Notes under the pieces: model-generated
The model's input: the letters and a program-made list of their open reading frames with translations, nothing else
Told to the model about the DNA's origin: nothing
The model's database searches: none
Shown: piece after piece, positions 51,796 through 61,728 of the stretch
Layout: each line of letters starts with the position of its first letter
How positions within the stretch are numbered: position 1 is the first letter of the stretch
Origin: Polyangiaceae bacterium
GTDB lineage: Bacteria > Myxococcota_A > Polyangia > Polyangiales > Polyangiaceae
Length of the DNA: 64,000 nt
Direction: 5' to 3'
Assembly: GCA_035063585.1 (NCBI GenBank)
Contig: JAPSGB010000008.1
Span: 245,294-309,293 of the forward strand
Position numbers and translations under genes: made by a program

Positions 51796-53637
51796 TCAGC
51801 GAAGCTCGACGGTGAGCGGCGTGGCGCTCGCGGAGAGCTTCACCCAGGCGCTCCGGAGCGCGGGCTCCAGAAGCCAGCCTTGCTCGGCGGCCTCGAGGTC
51901 GGCCAGGCTCGATAGTTTAGTGAAGGATTCATTGTTTACGAAGACCGCGCTCGGGGGAAGATCGACCCGCACGCGGAGGACGACGGGCAGCGGCGCGCGA
52001 GAGAGCGTGACGCGCGCGCCCTCGCTCGTGATCTCGGTGGTTCGGTCGTCCTCGTCGTGGAGCGTGAACCGGTGGCGCGCGCTCGCGGGGTAGACGGCGA
52101 GGGTGAGCGCACCGGCGCTCCGCTCGGTGCCGAGGCCGGTGAGCGAGCTCGAGACGCGCGCCGGGATGATGGCGCCCTTTCGCACGAAGAGCGGGATTCG
52201 GGTGCGGTCGCTCGTGTCGTAGGCGGTGAGGGTCTGGCCGCCGGGGAGCACATCGTCGGCGGGCTTCCACCAGTCGTACCAGCCCTCGGCGTCGGGGAGC
52301 GCGACGTCGCGCGCGCCGGTCGAGTCGAGCACCGGCGCGACCAGCAACGCCTCGCCGAGTAGGTAGCGATAATCGCCGGGCCAGCTCGCGGGCTCGCCCA
52401 CCGGGGCGATGATGGGGGGGCCGCCTCCGGCGGTCTCCTCGGCGAGGCTGTAGAAGAACGGCACGAGCTCGCTGTGGAGCGTCGCCCAGTAGCGGTAGAG
52501 CGTGACCGTCTCGTCCGCGCGCTCGGGCACCGTCCACGGCGCCTGGTTCGCGCGGCCGTGCAGCTCCATGAACGGCGAGAGCGCGCCCACCGCCGTCCAG
52601 CGCGCGAAGACGTCCTGGTCGAACGGGATCTTCTGCGCGAGGTTCTGATCGTCGCGGTCGAGGTAGCCGCCGATGTCCGAGCCGAGCACCGCGTAGCCCG
52701 CGCGCGCCGAGACGAAGATGTGATCGAGGGCGTCCTCGAGCCCGGCGAAGTTTCGCAGGTTGTCGCCTACCCAGCCGACCGGCGCGTGCTCCTTGCGCGC
52801 GTAGAAACGTCCGGCAAAGCCGTAGCTTGCGTCCCACGGGCGGACCATGGTGACGAAATCCTCGCGGCCGCGCGCGTGCACGCCATAGGTGTAGAAATCC
52901 TTGTAGTAGAGCTCCGAGTACTCTTGGTGCGGGATGGGGCCCCGCGAGGTCTCGACCGGATCGCTCAGGACGTACGAGTCGCCGAAATCGCACTTGAAGC
53001 CGTCGACGCCGGCGCGGAAGAGCGGCGCCTGCTGCTCGTGCCACCAAGCGAGCGCGCGCGGGTTGGTGAAATCGAGGCCGGCGCCTCGCCCCTTCCACCA
53101 GGAATAGGTGTAGGCGTCGTCGACCAGGAAACCGCACTGCTCCGCCTCGCTCCAGTTGGGCGAGGGGCTCGGGTAGGTGTCGCCGCCCTCCTCGTAGTCG
53201 AGGCTGCTGTAGTTCACCATCTGGGTGATCCAGAGGACGACGCGCACGCTCTTCGCGTGCAAGTCCGACACGAGCTTGCCGAAGTCGTGATACCGCTCGG
53301 GGTTCGGGACGAAGGTGTTGTAGTTGGTCTCCCACGGGCTATCGAGCACCACCACGCCGACCGGGATGCCGCGGCTCTCGAAGCCCTCCACGAAGGCGTA
53401 GGTGTCGTCGGTGTCGGAGATGTCCTTGCTGATCCAGGGCTCGAACGCCCAGCGCGGCGTGTGGAGCGGCGGCTCGGGGAGGTCCTCCACCGGCAGTCGA
53501 CAGGGGTCGCGCGGTCTCGAGGCTGCGTCGTCGCTCGGGCCGCACGCGGCGAGCCCGAGCGACCACGCGGCGACCAGTGCGAGCGCGCGGGCTGCGCGGG
53601 GGCGAGACGGGCGTGCAGGGGACTCGACGAGCCTCAC
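51796..53637 (-). CDS. GH31 glycoside hydrolase lipoprotein
   Basis: Lipobox LAAC, LDSPW, LDFTNP, DGFKCDFGD (nucleophile), WVGDN (acid/base), SDIGG and LLVAPV. Confidence 0.9.
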   Translation of the reverse strand: MRLVESPARPSRPRAARALALVAAWSLGLAACGPSDDAASRPRDPCRLPVEDLPEPPLHTPRWAFEPWISKDISDTDDTYAFVEGFESRGIPVGVVVLDSPWETNYNTFVPNPERYHDFGKLVSDLHAKSVRVVLWITQMVNYSSLDYEEGGDTYPSPSPNWSEAEQCGFLVDDAYTYSWWKGRGAGLDFTNPRALAWWHEQQAPLFRAGVDGFKCDFGDSYVLSDPVETSRGPIPHQEYSELYYKDFYTYGVHARGREDFVTMVRPWDASYGFAGRFYARKEHAPVGWVGDNLRNFAGLEDALDHIFVSARAGYAVLGSDIGGYLDRDDQNLAQKIPFDQDVFARWTAVGALSPFMELHGRANQAPWTVPERADETVTLYRYWATLHSELVPFFYSLAEETAGGGPPIIAPVGEPASWPGDYRYLLGEALLVAPVLDSTGARDVALPDAEGWYDWWKPADDVLPGGQTLTAYDTSDRTRIPLFVRKGAIIPARVSSSLTGLGTERSAGALTLAVYPASARHRFTLHDEDDRTTEITSEGARVTLSRAPLPVVLRVRVDLPPSAVFVNNESFTKLSSLADLEAAEQGWLLEPALRSAWVKLSASATPLTVELR

Positions 53638-53725
53638 CCGCGGGAGCTTAGCCGAGGCGCGGTTCGGCTTGCTCGGGTCTAAATCCGAGGTGCCGGCGGG
53701 CCGGCCGGGGTGTAGACTGCGGGCC

Positions 53726-54721
53726 ATGTTGCGACGCGGGCTCGTGATGGGATGGGTGGCACTCTGCTTGGCCGCGTGCTCGAGCGCGACCGGTGGCTCG
53801 AACCTCTACGGCGGGCAGGGGAACGGGCCCGGCGCGGGGGGCACCGGCTCGGGCGGCACGGGCGCGGGCGGCACGGGCGCGGGCGGACCGGGAGGCGCGG
53901 GGAGCGGCTCGGGCGGCTTCGGCGCCTTCGGCCCGGGACCAGGCTCCGGCTCGAACTGCGCCGCGGAGACCGAGTTCGTGTACGTGCTGAACGCCGCCAA
54001 CGTGCTCTACCGCTTCGACCCCACGGTGGCGTCACCCGCCGCGTTCACCAAGATCGGTCCGCTCGGGTGCAGCGCGGGGCAGGGGCCGAACTCGATGTCG
54101 GTCGGACGCGACGGGTTCGCCTATGTGCTCTACGGCGCCGACAACGGGCTCGGCGGTTACAAATGCGCCGGCGTGTACCGGGTCGATATCACCGACGCGA
54201 GCTGCAAGGGGCAGACGTCGTTCCAGTGTGGCTCGGCGGGCTTCAAGAAGTTCGGCATGGGGTTTACCACCGACGCGCCCGGCGGCGATGCGGACTCGCT
54301 CTATATCGGCAACTCGCTCGCGAACCCCATGCTCGGCAAGGTGGATCTCACGAGCGGCCAGGTGACCGCGGTCGGCACGCTGCCCGGCGGCGCGGAGTTC
54401 ACCGGCAACTCGAACGCCGAGCTCTGGGGCTTCTTCCCCGATCAGAACGCGGTCATCCAGGTGGACAAGGCGAGCGGCGGCACGCTCGCGAGCTACCCGC
54501 TGAGCGGGCTGCCGCAGGCGACCCTCGGCTACGCCTACGCGTTCGCGTTCTGGGGCGGCGCGTTCTACGTCTTTTACTACGCCGAAGGGCAGGACGCCTC
54601 GTCGAACGTGTACAAGCTCGATCCGGCGAACGGGAGCTTCGGTAAGTACATCTCGAACGTGGGATTTCGCATCGTCGGCGCGGGCGTGTCGACCTGCGCG
54701 CCGCTCGTGGCGCCGAAGTAG
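53726..54721 (+). CDS. Lipoprotein with Gly linker and probable beta-propeller
   Basis: Lipobox LAAC, repeated beta-strand blades and C-terminal IVGAGVSTCAP. Confidence 0.78.
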   Translation: MLRRGLVMGWVALCLAACSSATGGSNLYGGQGNGPGAGGTGSGGTGAGGTGAGGPGGAGSGSGGFGAFGPGPGSGSNCAAETEFVYVLNAANVLYRFDPTVASPAAFTKIGPLGCSAGQGPNSMSVGRDGFAYVLYGADNGLGGYKCAGVYRVDITDASCKGQTSFQCGSAGFKKFGMGFTTDAPGGDADSLYIGNSLANPMLGKVDLTSGQVTAVGTLPGGAEFTGNSNAELWGFFPDQNAVIQVDKASGGTLASYPLSGLPQATLGYAYAFAFWGGAFYVFYYAEGQDASSNVYKLDPANGSFGKYISNVGFRIVGAGVSTCAPLVAPK

Positions 54722-54740
54722 CGCGCGAGCCCGGGTGGGC

Positions 54741-56234
54741 TCAGCGGGCGCGCTCGCCGGGTAGACGCGGCGAGTGGATGCAGCGGTAGGCCACCCGACC
54801 GTTCGGCAGATCCATCGACCAGACCCAGCGGTTGTCTTTCGGATCGACCTCGCGCAGCCGCCCGAAGGACGGCTGGAAGGTGCCGGGCACGAGCGGGATG
54901 GCGCTATCGAGCACCAGGATGTTGCCGTTGTCGAGGCGGTCGGCGTCGCCCGCGAGGATCCCGACGTAGTGCTCGTTGGTCTCCTGCCACACGATCTTCG
55001 CCGTCTTCGCCTGCTCGTCGAGCTTCATGACGAGGGGCCGCGAGCGCTGCTCCCTCGCCGGCAGGTGCGGGTTCACGACGCCGTTGTCGTAGATGAGGAG
55101 CGAGCCGTCCGGCATGAGCTCGGGCGAGTGCTGGTGATAAAACCAGCGGTCGCCTTCGAGCGCGAAGTCGCCGTCCTCGCCGAGCTTCCAGACGACCTTG
55201 CCGGTCTTCCGATCGATCTTGATGATCCAGTCCTGGTGACGCATGCTAAAGAGCACGCTGTCGTCCTCGGGCAGGTAGACGATGGTGTTGCCGTGGGTCC
55301 AGTCGTCGGCGATCTCGCCGGTGGCCGGGTCGGGGATCGGGAGCGGCGGCGGGAACCCGTCGCGGACGCGCTTCCAGTCGAGGTGATCGAGCGAGCTCCA
55401 CTGCCAGACCAACCGCCCGTCACGCGTGAACTCGACCAGCGTGTCGCCGGCGATGTGGTGCCGCTTCTTGTCGAACGCATACACGTGATCGGAAAACGCG
55501 AAGCTCATCGAGATGAAGTTGCCGTTCGGCAGCTCCACGATGTCGTGGTGGAGGTACTTGAGGCCGAGCTTCTCGGCCGGAATGTCGAGCTTCACCTCGC
55601 CGAGCTCGTCGACGATGACCGCGTGGTCATCCTGCACGAAGAGGAGCGTGCCATCCGGTCTCAGCTTGAGCCCGGCCGGGAGCCCCGAGAGCGTCTGCGC
55701 CTTGGCCGAGCGCGGCAGGAAGAAGCGGGTGGTGCCCTCCGGGTCCACCGCGTAGAGCGCGCCGAGCGTCCAGTGCGGGTTCACCGAGAGGTCGAAGATG
55801 CGAAACTCGCTCGACGGCGCGCCGCTCCGTTTCACCTCGAAGGAGCGGATCATCCCGGGGAGCGGCGGGAGCGTCTTGAACGCGAGCTCGCGCGTCTCGC
55901 GCGCGCCGTCCTCCGCCGTGACGGTGAGCTTCGCGACGTAGTCGGTGCCGGGCCGCAGCCCGCGCAGCCTCACGGAGAGCTCGGTGCCCGGCCCCGCATC
56001 CTCGCCGGGACGAGCGCCGGGATCGCCCGGCAGCTCGACGTGCAGCTTGCCCTTTTTCGCGAGGCCGAGCGTCACGTCGACCACCATCGGCTGCGCGGCG
56101 TGGAAGAGCGCGGCGGGCGCCTTCGCGACCAGCGCGGGCGCCGGGGGCGGCTTCGGCTTCGAGGGGCACGCCGCGAGCCCGAGCGAGAGGACGGCGAAGA
56201 GCGTGGTTTCGACCAGACGGGAGCCTGCGCGCAT
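54741..56234 (-). CDS. Aryl-sulfate sulfotransferase (ASST) family lipoprotein
   Basis: LHHD, DWTHGN, SMRHQD, WKLG, YHQH, YDNG and AYR; N-terminal FN3-like LRGLRPGTDY. Confidence 0.88.
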   Translation of the reverse strand: MRAGSRLVETTLFAVLSLGLAACPSKPKPPPAPALVAKAPAALFHAAQPMVVDVTLGLAKKGKLHVELPGDPGARPGEDAGPGTELSVRLRGLRPGTDYVAKLTVTAEDGARETRELAFKTLPPLPGMIRSFEVKRSGAPSSEFRIFDLSVNPHWTLGALYAVDPEGTTRFFLPRSAKAQTLSGLPAGLKLRPDGTLLFVQDDHAVIVDELGEVKLDIPAEKLGLKYLHHDIVELPNGNFISMSFAFSDHVYAFDKKRHHIAGDTLVEFTRDGRLVWQWSSLDHLDWKRVRDGFPPPLPIPDPATGEIADDWTHGNTIVYLPEDDSVLFSMRHQDWIIKIDRKTGKVVWKLGEDGDFALEGDRWFYHQHSPELMPDGSLLIYDNGVVNPHLPAREQRSRPLVMKLDEQAKTAKIVWQETNEHYVGILAGDADRLDNGNILVLDSAIPLVPGTFQPSFGRLREVDPKDNRWVWSMDLPNGRVAYRCIHSPRLPGERAR

Positions 56235-56354
56235 GCGAAGCTCCGGCGTTAGCACGTTCGGGCTAGCGCCGACAGGTCGCGCGCGCGGCCCGGGGCTGGT
56301 TCATCGCCGAGCGCTGGACGCTCGGGGGCGCTCGGACTATTCGGAGCCGCACTC

Positions 56355-57938
56355 GTGCCTATCACTCATGGTGTCGTGGCTGCGGGCGATCCGCAGACCG
56401 CCGAGGCGGGCGCGCACGCGCTCCGCGCGGGCGGCAACGCGGTGGACGCGGCGCTCGCGGCCGCCTTCGCCGCCTTCGTGTGCGAGGGCCCGCTCGCGAG
56501 CCCGCTCGGGGGCGGAGTCATGGTCGCCGGCGATGGGCGCGCGCCGCCCGCCGCGCTCGATTTCTTCGGGCGCACCCCGGGGCTCGACGCGGGGCGCGCC
56601 GCCGCGCTCGATTTTCGCGCGGTCGAGGTGGACTTCGGCGCGGCCCAGCAGGTGTTCCACATCGGGCGCGCGAGCGCCGCGGTGCCGCTCGCGCTCCCGG
56701 GGCTCCTCGAGGCGCACCGGCGCTGGGGCTCGCTGCCGCTCGCGCGAGTCGTCGAACCGGCGGTCCAGTTGGGGCGCGACGGCTACCAGCTCGGGCGAGG
56801 CGTCGCGTTCGTGTTCGAGCTCCTCGAGCCCATCCTCACGCTCACCGCGGGCGTGCGCGCGCTGCACGTCGGGGCGGGCGGCGCGCTCGCGCGCGCCGGC
56901 GAGCGACTCGAGAACCGCGAGCTCGCGGACACCCTCGAGCGCATCGCCGCGCGCCCCGAGCGCGTGCGCGAAATCTACGCGGAGCTCGCCCGCGAGATGG
57001 GACCGCGCGAGGGCGGGCTCATCACCGAGCAGGACGTCGAGCGCGCGCGGGTGACCGACGTCGCGCCGGTCGTGGTCGAGCGCGACGGCTTCCGCCTGAC
57101 CACGCTCGGCGCGCCGTCGTCCGGGGGCGTGCTCGTCGCGCTCGGGTTCCTCCTCGCCGAGACGCGACGCGCGGCGTTCCTCTCGGGCGAGCACCTGCTC
57201 GAGCTCGCCCGCGTGCAGGAGACGCTGCTAGAGGTGCGCGACGAGCGCTTCGACGAGGCGTGCCGGGAGCCGGCCTTCGTCCGCGCGCTCCTCGAGCCCG
57301 CGCGCGTGGCGCGCCTGCGGGCCGAGTCGGCCTCGCGCCGCCCCGGCAACCCGGGCCATCCGCTCGGCTCGACCACGCACGTGAGCGCGATCGACGAGCG
57401 GGGCGGCGTCGCGTCGATCACGCTCACCAACGGTGAAGGCTCCGGGCACGTGCTCCCCGGGACCGGCATGCACGTGAACAACCTGATGGGCGAGCAGGAT
57501 CTCCATCCGCGGGGATTTCACGTCGATCCGCCGGGCACGGCGCTCGCGACCATGATGGCGCCGACCCTGCTCGAGGGGCGCGGCCGCACGGTGGCGCTCG
57601 GCAGCGGCGGCTCGAACCGGCTCCGCAACGCGATCCTCTCGGTGCTGCTCCACCTCACCCAGCGCGAGGTCGATCTCGCGACGGCCGTCGCCGCGCCGCG
57701 GCTCCATCTCGAGGCCGAGCGCGGACCGAACGGCGAGGCGCGGAGCCGGCTCGCCTTCGAGCGCTCGGGGCTCGACGCGGCGAGCGCGGCCGCGCTCCGC
57801 GCCGCCTACCCGCTCGAGCCGCGCGAGTTTCCCGAGCGGAACATGTTCTTCGGCGGCGTGCACGCCGCGCTCCGCGAAGGGCGCGAGCTCAGCGGCGCGG
57901 GCGATCCTCGCCGCGGGGGCAGCGTGTCACGAGCCTGA
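56355..57938 (+). CDS. ggt: Gamma-glutamyltransferase family protein, no signal peptide
   Basis: GGNAVDAA, STTHVS (Thr nucleophile), NNLMGE, LGSGGSNR and GDPRRGG. Confidence 0.88.
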   Translation: MPITHGVVAAGDPQTAEAGAHALRAGGNAVDAALAAAFAAFVCEGPLASPLGGGVMVAGDGRAPPAALDFFGRTPGLDAGRAAALDFRAVEVDFGAAQQVFHIGRASAAVPLALPGLLEAHRRWGSLPLARVVEPAVQLGRDGYQLGRGVAFVFELLEPILTLTAGVRALHVGAGGALARAGERLENRELADTLERIAARPERVREIYAELAREMGPREGGLITEQDVERARVTDVAPVVVERDGFRLTTLGAPSSGGVLVALGFLLAETRRAAFLSGEHLLELARVQETLLEVRDERFDEACREPAFVRALLEPARVARLRAESASRRPGNPGHPLGSTTHVSAIDERGGVASITLTNGEGSGHVLPGTGMHVNNLMGEQDLHPRGFHVDPPGTALATMMAPTLLEGRGRTVALGSGGSNRLRNAILSVLLHLTQREVDLATAVAAPRLHLEAERGPNGEARSRLAFERSGLDAASAAALRAAYPLEPREFPERNMFFGGVHAALREGRELSGAGDPRRGGSVSRA

Positions 57939-58084
57939 AATCGCGCTCGAGCGCGTGGGCCGCGGGCAGGCGACGCGCTATGATACGACATGCGCTCGCA
58001 CTCACGCCTACAGTGTGCGCGGCCGAACTGCGAGCTTGTGCAGGCGCGCGCCCTCTGTCACCCTCCGCGCGAGCGTCGTTTCAC

Positions 58085-59779
58085 ATGAGGACCCTTGGGG
58101 AAATCCAGGCCGGCCAGACCGTCGGCCGGTATGAGTTTCTGGTACCGATCGCGCAGGGCGGCATGGCCGCGGTGTGGGCGGCCCGCCTGAAGGGGACGCG
58201 CGGGTTCAGCAAGACGGTCGCCGTGAAGACGATGCTGCCGTCGATCTCCGACGATCCGCAGTTCGAGCAGATGTTCCTCGACGAGGCCCAGCTCTGCTCG
58301 CGGATCCGGCACCCGAACGTGGTCGAGATCCTCGATCTCGGCGAGCAGGACGATGTCCTCTACCTCGTCATGGAGTGGGTGGACGGCGAGGCGCTGTCCA
58401 CCCTTCGTCGCGCGGCCGGCAAGGCGAGCGGATTCCCGCGACCCATCGCGGTGAAGATCGTCGCGGACGCCTGCACCGGGCTGCACGCGGCGCACGAGCT
58501 GAAGGACGAGAACGGCGAGCCCATCGGGCTCGTGCACCGCGACATCTCGCCGCAGAACATCCTCATCACGTTCGACGGGGTGGTGAAAATCGTCGATTTC
58601 GGCGTGGCGAAGGCCGCCGGCCGCTCCGCCGAGGAGACCAATACCGGGCAGATCAAGGGTAAGCCGCCCTACATGTCCCCCGAGCAGGCGCTCGGCAAGG
58701 ACATCGATCGCCGCACGGACGTCTTCGCGCTCGGCATCATCCTCTACCAGCTCACCACCGGGAAGCATCCGTTCCGCGGGGAGAGCGACATCGTCACGCT
58801 CCAGAACATCGTCTCGGATCGTCCGATCACGCCGCCGCGCGCGTACGATCCCGAGTACCCGCGCTCGCTCGAGGCGGTAGTGATGAAGGCGCTCGAGCGC
58901 GACGTGGACGAGCGCTACCAGTCCGCCGCCGAGCTCGAGGCCGCGCTCGACCGCGTGTTCCCGCCCACCGTGCCGCGCGTGCGCGCCGATGACGTCGGGA
59001 AGTTCGTCACCGGTCTGCTCGGCGCGCGGGGCGACGAGCGGCGGGCGGCGCTGCGCGAGGCGATTCGCGTCGCCGACGAGCGCGCGGCCGGCGACGACGC
59101 GAGCTTCGGAGGGCGAGGGTCGCTCACCGATCTGCAAGGCATCGTCTCCTCTCCGACGCTCCACTCGGGCCTCTCCGAGCTGAGCTCGCCCACCGCGGCG
59201 ATCCCGATGCCACCGCTCCGCGAGAGCGGCAGCGCGGACGTGCGACCGAGCGCGCCCTCGGGGCTCGGCGGGTCGAGCCCGCTCACGCCGTACGGCACCC
59301 AGGCGCCCAGCACGCCGCCCGCCGCATCGGGAAGGTCGCGCGCGCCGCTCATCGCGGTGATCGGGCTCGCCGCCGCCGCGCTCGGCGTCGGCGCGGTCCT
59401 GTTCTTGCGCGCCGGCCCTTCCGCGGCGCCGCAGGCCGAAGCGGTCCCCGCGGCGCCGGCGGCGGCGCCCGCCGCGCCGAGTCCGGCCGAGCCGGTGGCG
59501 TCTGCGCCGGCGGAGCCTGCGCCGGAGCCGGCGGCCGAGGGCGAGTCGGCCATCGATCCCGGTCAGCTCGCGCTCGAGCGCCAGCGCGCAGGTGAGAGCG
59601 CGGGCGCGGCGCCGCGCCCCGCGCCCTCCGCGGCGAAGCCGGCGGGCCCGCAGGCGCCCACCGCGGCGAAGCCGGACGCGAAGGAGCCCAAGCCGGGCGA
59701 GAAAGAGCCGGCGGCCAAGCCATCGCGCCCGCCGGGTGGAGGCTTCGTCCCGCCTCCGGTGACCGACCCGGGGTTCTGA
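58085..59779 (+). CDS. Membrane-anchored Hanks-type Ser/Thr kinase
   Basis: GGMAAVW, HRDISPQN, DFGVAK and YMSPEQ, then a TM helix and a Pro/Ala tail ending DPGF. Confidence 0.93.
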   Translation: MRTLGEIQAGQTVGRYEFLVPIAQGGMAAVWAARLKGTRGFSKTVAVKTMLPSISDDPQFEQMFLDEAQLCSRIRHPNVVEILDLGEQDDVLYLVMEWVDGEALSTLRRAAGKASGFPRPIAVKIVADACTGLHAAHELKDENGEPIGLVHRDISPQNILITFDGVVKIVDFGVAKAAGRSAEETNTGQIKGKPPYMSPEQALGKDIDRRTDVFALGIILYQLTTGKHPFRGESDIVTLQNIVSDRPITPPRAYDPEYPRSLEAVVMKALERDVDERYQSAAELEAALDRVFPPTVPRVRADDVGKFVTGLLGARGDERRAALREAIRVADERAAGDDASFGGRGSLTDLQGIVSSPTLHSGLSELSSPTAAIPMPPLRESGSADVRPSAPSGLGGSSPLTPYGTQAPSTPPAASGRSRAPLIAVIGLAAAALGVGAVLFLRAGPSAAPQAEAVPAAPAAAPAAPSPAEPVASAPAEPAPEPAAEGESAIDPGQLALERQRAGESAGAAPRPAPSAAKPAGPQAPTAAKPDAKEPKPGEKEPAAKPSRPPGGGFVPPPVTDPGF

Positions 59780-59801
59780 GCGTCCGCCGGCGCGCGCCCG
59801 C

Positions 59802-61286
59802 TCAGTCGAAGCGCGCCCACGCCGCGAGGTAATACGCGACGAGCGCCTGGTTATCGAGCCGGTTCGCGCGCGTCGGTAGCTCGGCGAGGTCGGGTGGGAG
59901 CTCGAAGAGCGCGGGCAAGGTGCGCCGGTCGAGGTACCGGAGCGGCGCGGGAGGGAGCGCGGTCGGCACCGGGAACGCGCGCCGCTTGGCGAGCAGGAAA
60001 CCCCAGTCGCCGAACGAGGGGAGAAACACGTGATACGGCCGCAGCGTGAGCCCGGCGGCCTCGAGCGTGTGCGCGATGCACCAGTAGGCGCGGCGCGCGA
60101 GCTCCGGGTTCGTCGACTGCACGACGAGCGCGCCGTCGTCCGCGAGGCGCTCGCGGGCGCTCGCGTAGAAGCGGCTCGAATAGAGCTTGCCGAGCGAGTA
60201 ATTGGTGGGGTCGGGGAAATCGAGGATGATGACGTCGAACCGCTCGGTGGAGGACGCGAACCAGGTCATGGCGTCCGCGTTCACCACGCGCACGCGCGGA
60301 TCGGTGAGCGAGCCCTGGTTCTGGCGCCGGAGCCGCTGGTCGCTGGTGGCGAGCCTGGTCATGGCCGGATCGAGATCGACCAGCGTCAACGCCTCGACCT
60401 CGGGCCAGCGCAGCGCCTCGCGCGCGGCGAGCCCGTCGCCGCCGCCGCCGATGAGGACGCGGGCGCGGCGCGCCGCCGCGCCCATCGCGGGGTGCACCAG
60501 CGCCTCGTGGTAGCGGTGCTCGTCGAGCGACGAGAACTGTAGGTTGCCGTTCAAGAAGAGCTCGAAGCCTGCTCCGCGCTCGGACAGCACGATGCGCTGG
60601 TAGGCGGATTGCTCCGCGTGGAAGATGCGACCGGGGTAGAGCTGCGCCTCGGTGAGCGCGGTGACGCGGCCGGACACGGCGAGGAGCACGAAGAGCGCGA
60701 GCGTCACCACCACGGCCCGAGCGCGCGGGGCGTCCATGGCGCCCGGCGGCGCTCCGGGCGCGCGCAGGAGCCACGTCGAGGCGAGCCCGACCAGCGCGTT
60801 CACGAGCCCCGACACGATCGACGTCTGGATCAGCCCGAGCCGCGGCACCAGTATGAGCGAGAAGGCGAGCGAGCCGATGAGCGCGCCGGCGTAGTCGAAG
60901 GTGAGCGCGCGCGCCACGAGCTCCTTGAACTCGAGCTCGCGCCTGAGGATCCGCATGAGGAGCGGGAGCTCGAGGCCGACGAGGACGCCCACCAGGACCA
61001 CGACCGAGTAGAGGACCAGCCGAAAAGCGCCGGTGAAGCCGAAGGCGAGGAAGAGCCCGGGCGCGGAGAGGGCGCCGACCACGGCCGTGCCGAGCTCGAC
61101 GTCCACGAACACGCGTTCGAGGTTGCGGTCGACGAAGCGCGACAGCCACGCGCCGAGCCCGAGCGCCGACAGGTAGACGCCGATGACGGTCGAGAACTGG
61201 GTCACCGAGTCGCCGAGGACGTAGCTCGCGACCGCGGCGATGCAGAGCTCGTAGACGAGCCCCGCCGTCGCGATGACGAGCACCAT
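59802..61286 (-). CDS. speE: Membrane-bound polyamine aminopropyltransferase (long SpeE type); start uncertain
   Basis: GLVYEL, LFLNGNLQF, YHEALVHP, GGGDG, VDLD and DFPDP. In-frame starts are ATG 61286 or TTG 61400. Confidence 0.88.
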   Translation of the reverse strand: MVLVIATAGLVYELCIAAVASYVLGDSVTQFSTVIGVYLSALGLGAWLSRFVDRNLERVFVDVELGTAVVGALSAPGLFLAFGFTGAFRLVLYSVVVLVGVLVGLELPLLMRILRRELEFKELVARALTFDYAGALIGSLAFSLILVPRLGLIQTSIVSGLVNALVGLASTWLLRAPGAPPGAMDAPRARAVVVTLALFVLLAVSGRVTALTEAQLYPGRIFHAEQSAYQRIVLSERGAGFELFLNGNLQFSSLDEHRYHEALVHPAMGAAARRARVLIGGGGDGLAAREALRWPEVEALTLVDLDPAMTRLATSDQRLRRQNQGSLTDPRVRVVNADAMTWFASSTERFDVIILDFPDPTNYSLGKLYSSRFYASARERLADDGALVVQSTNPELARRAYWCIAHTLEAAGLTLRPYHVFLPSFGDWGFLLAKRRAFPVPTALPPAPLRYLDRRTLPALFELPPDLAELPTRANRLDNQALVAYYLAAWARFD

Positions 61287-61359
61287 CGCGAGCAGCAGCC
61301 CGGTGCGCCGCGCGGCGGGCGTCGCGCCGCCGGGCGCGGGCCAGGCGCCTCCGGGCGCG

Positions 61360-61584
61360 TCAGCCTCCGATGGCGGCGGCGATGATGATGCTGAGCCCAA
61401 GGATCACCGACCCGATGAGCACGGCGAGCGCGGTGTTCTGATCCTCCTCGATCTCCTTGCGGAGCGAGAAGGGGGTGATGAGCCGGATGACCAGGAAGCT
61501 CGCCGCGAACATCACGATGCCGATCAGCGAGTAGACGACCGAGGCGATCAGCGCCTTTACGAAGGGAGCCCAGTTGATGTCCAT
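61360..61584 (-). CDS. DUF350 small membrane protein
   Basis: Two TM helices flanking TPFSLRKEIEEDQNTALA; its usual position is upstream of long speE. Confidence 0.9.
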   Translation of the reverse strand: MDINWAPFVKALIASVVYSLIGIVMFAASFLVIRLITPFSLRKEIEEDQNTALAVLIGSVILGLSIIIAAAIGG

Positions 61585-61728
61585 CGTGTGCCTCTTCCCC
61601 GCGGAGGTGAGCGGCCTCTTCTATCACGATTCGGCGCAAACTTTCGACCTCCGCTCGGCCGGGTTCGCTCATTTCGAGGCCCGGGGCGAGTCCTTCCGGT
61701 AGACTTTCGCTCGTAACCCCCTGGCGTC

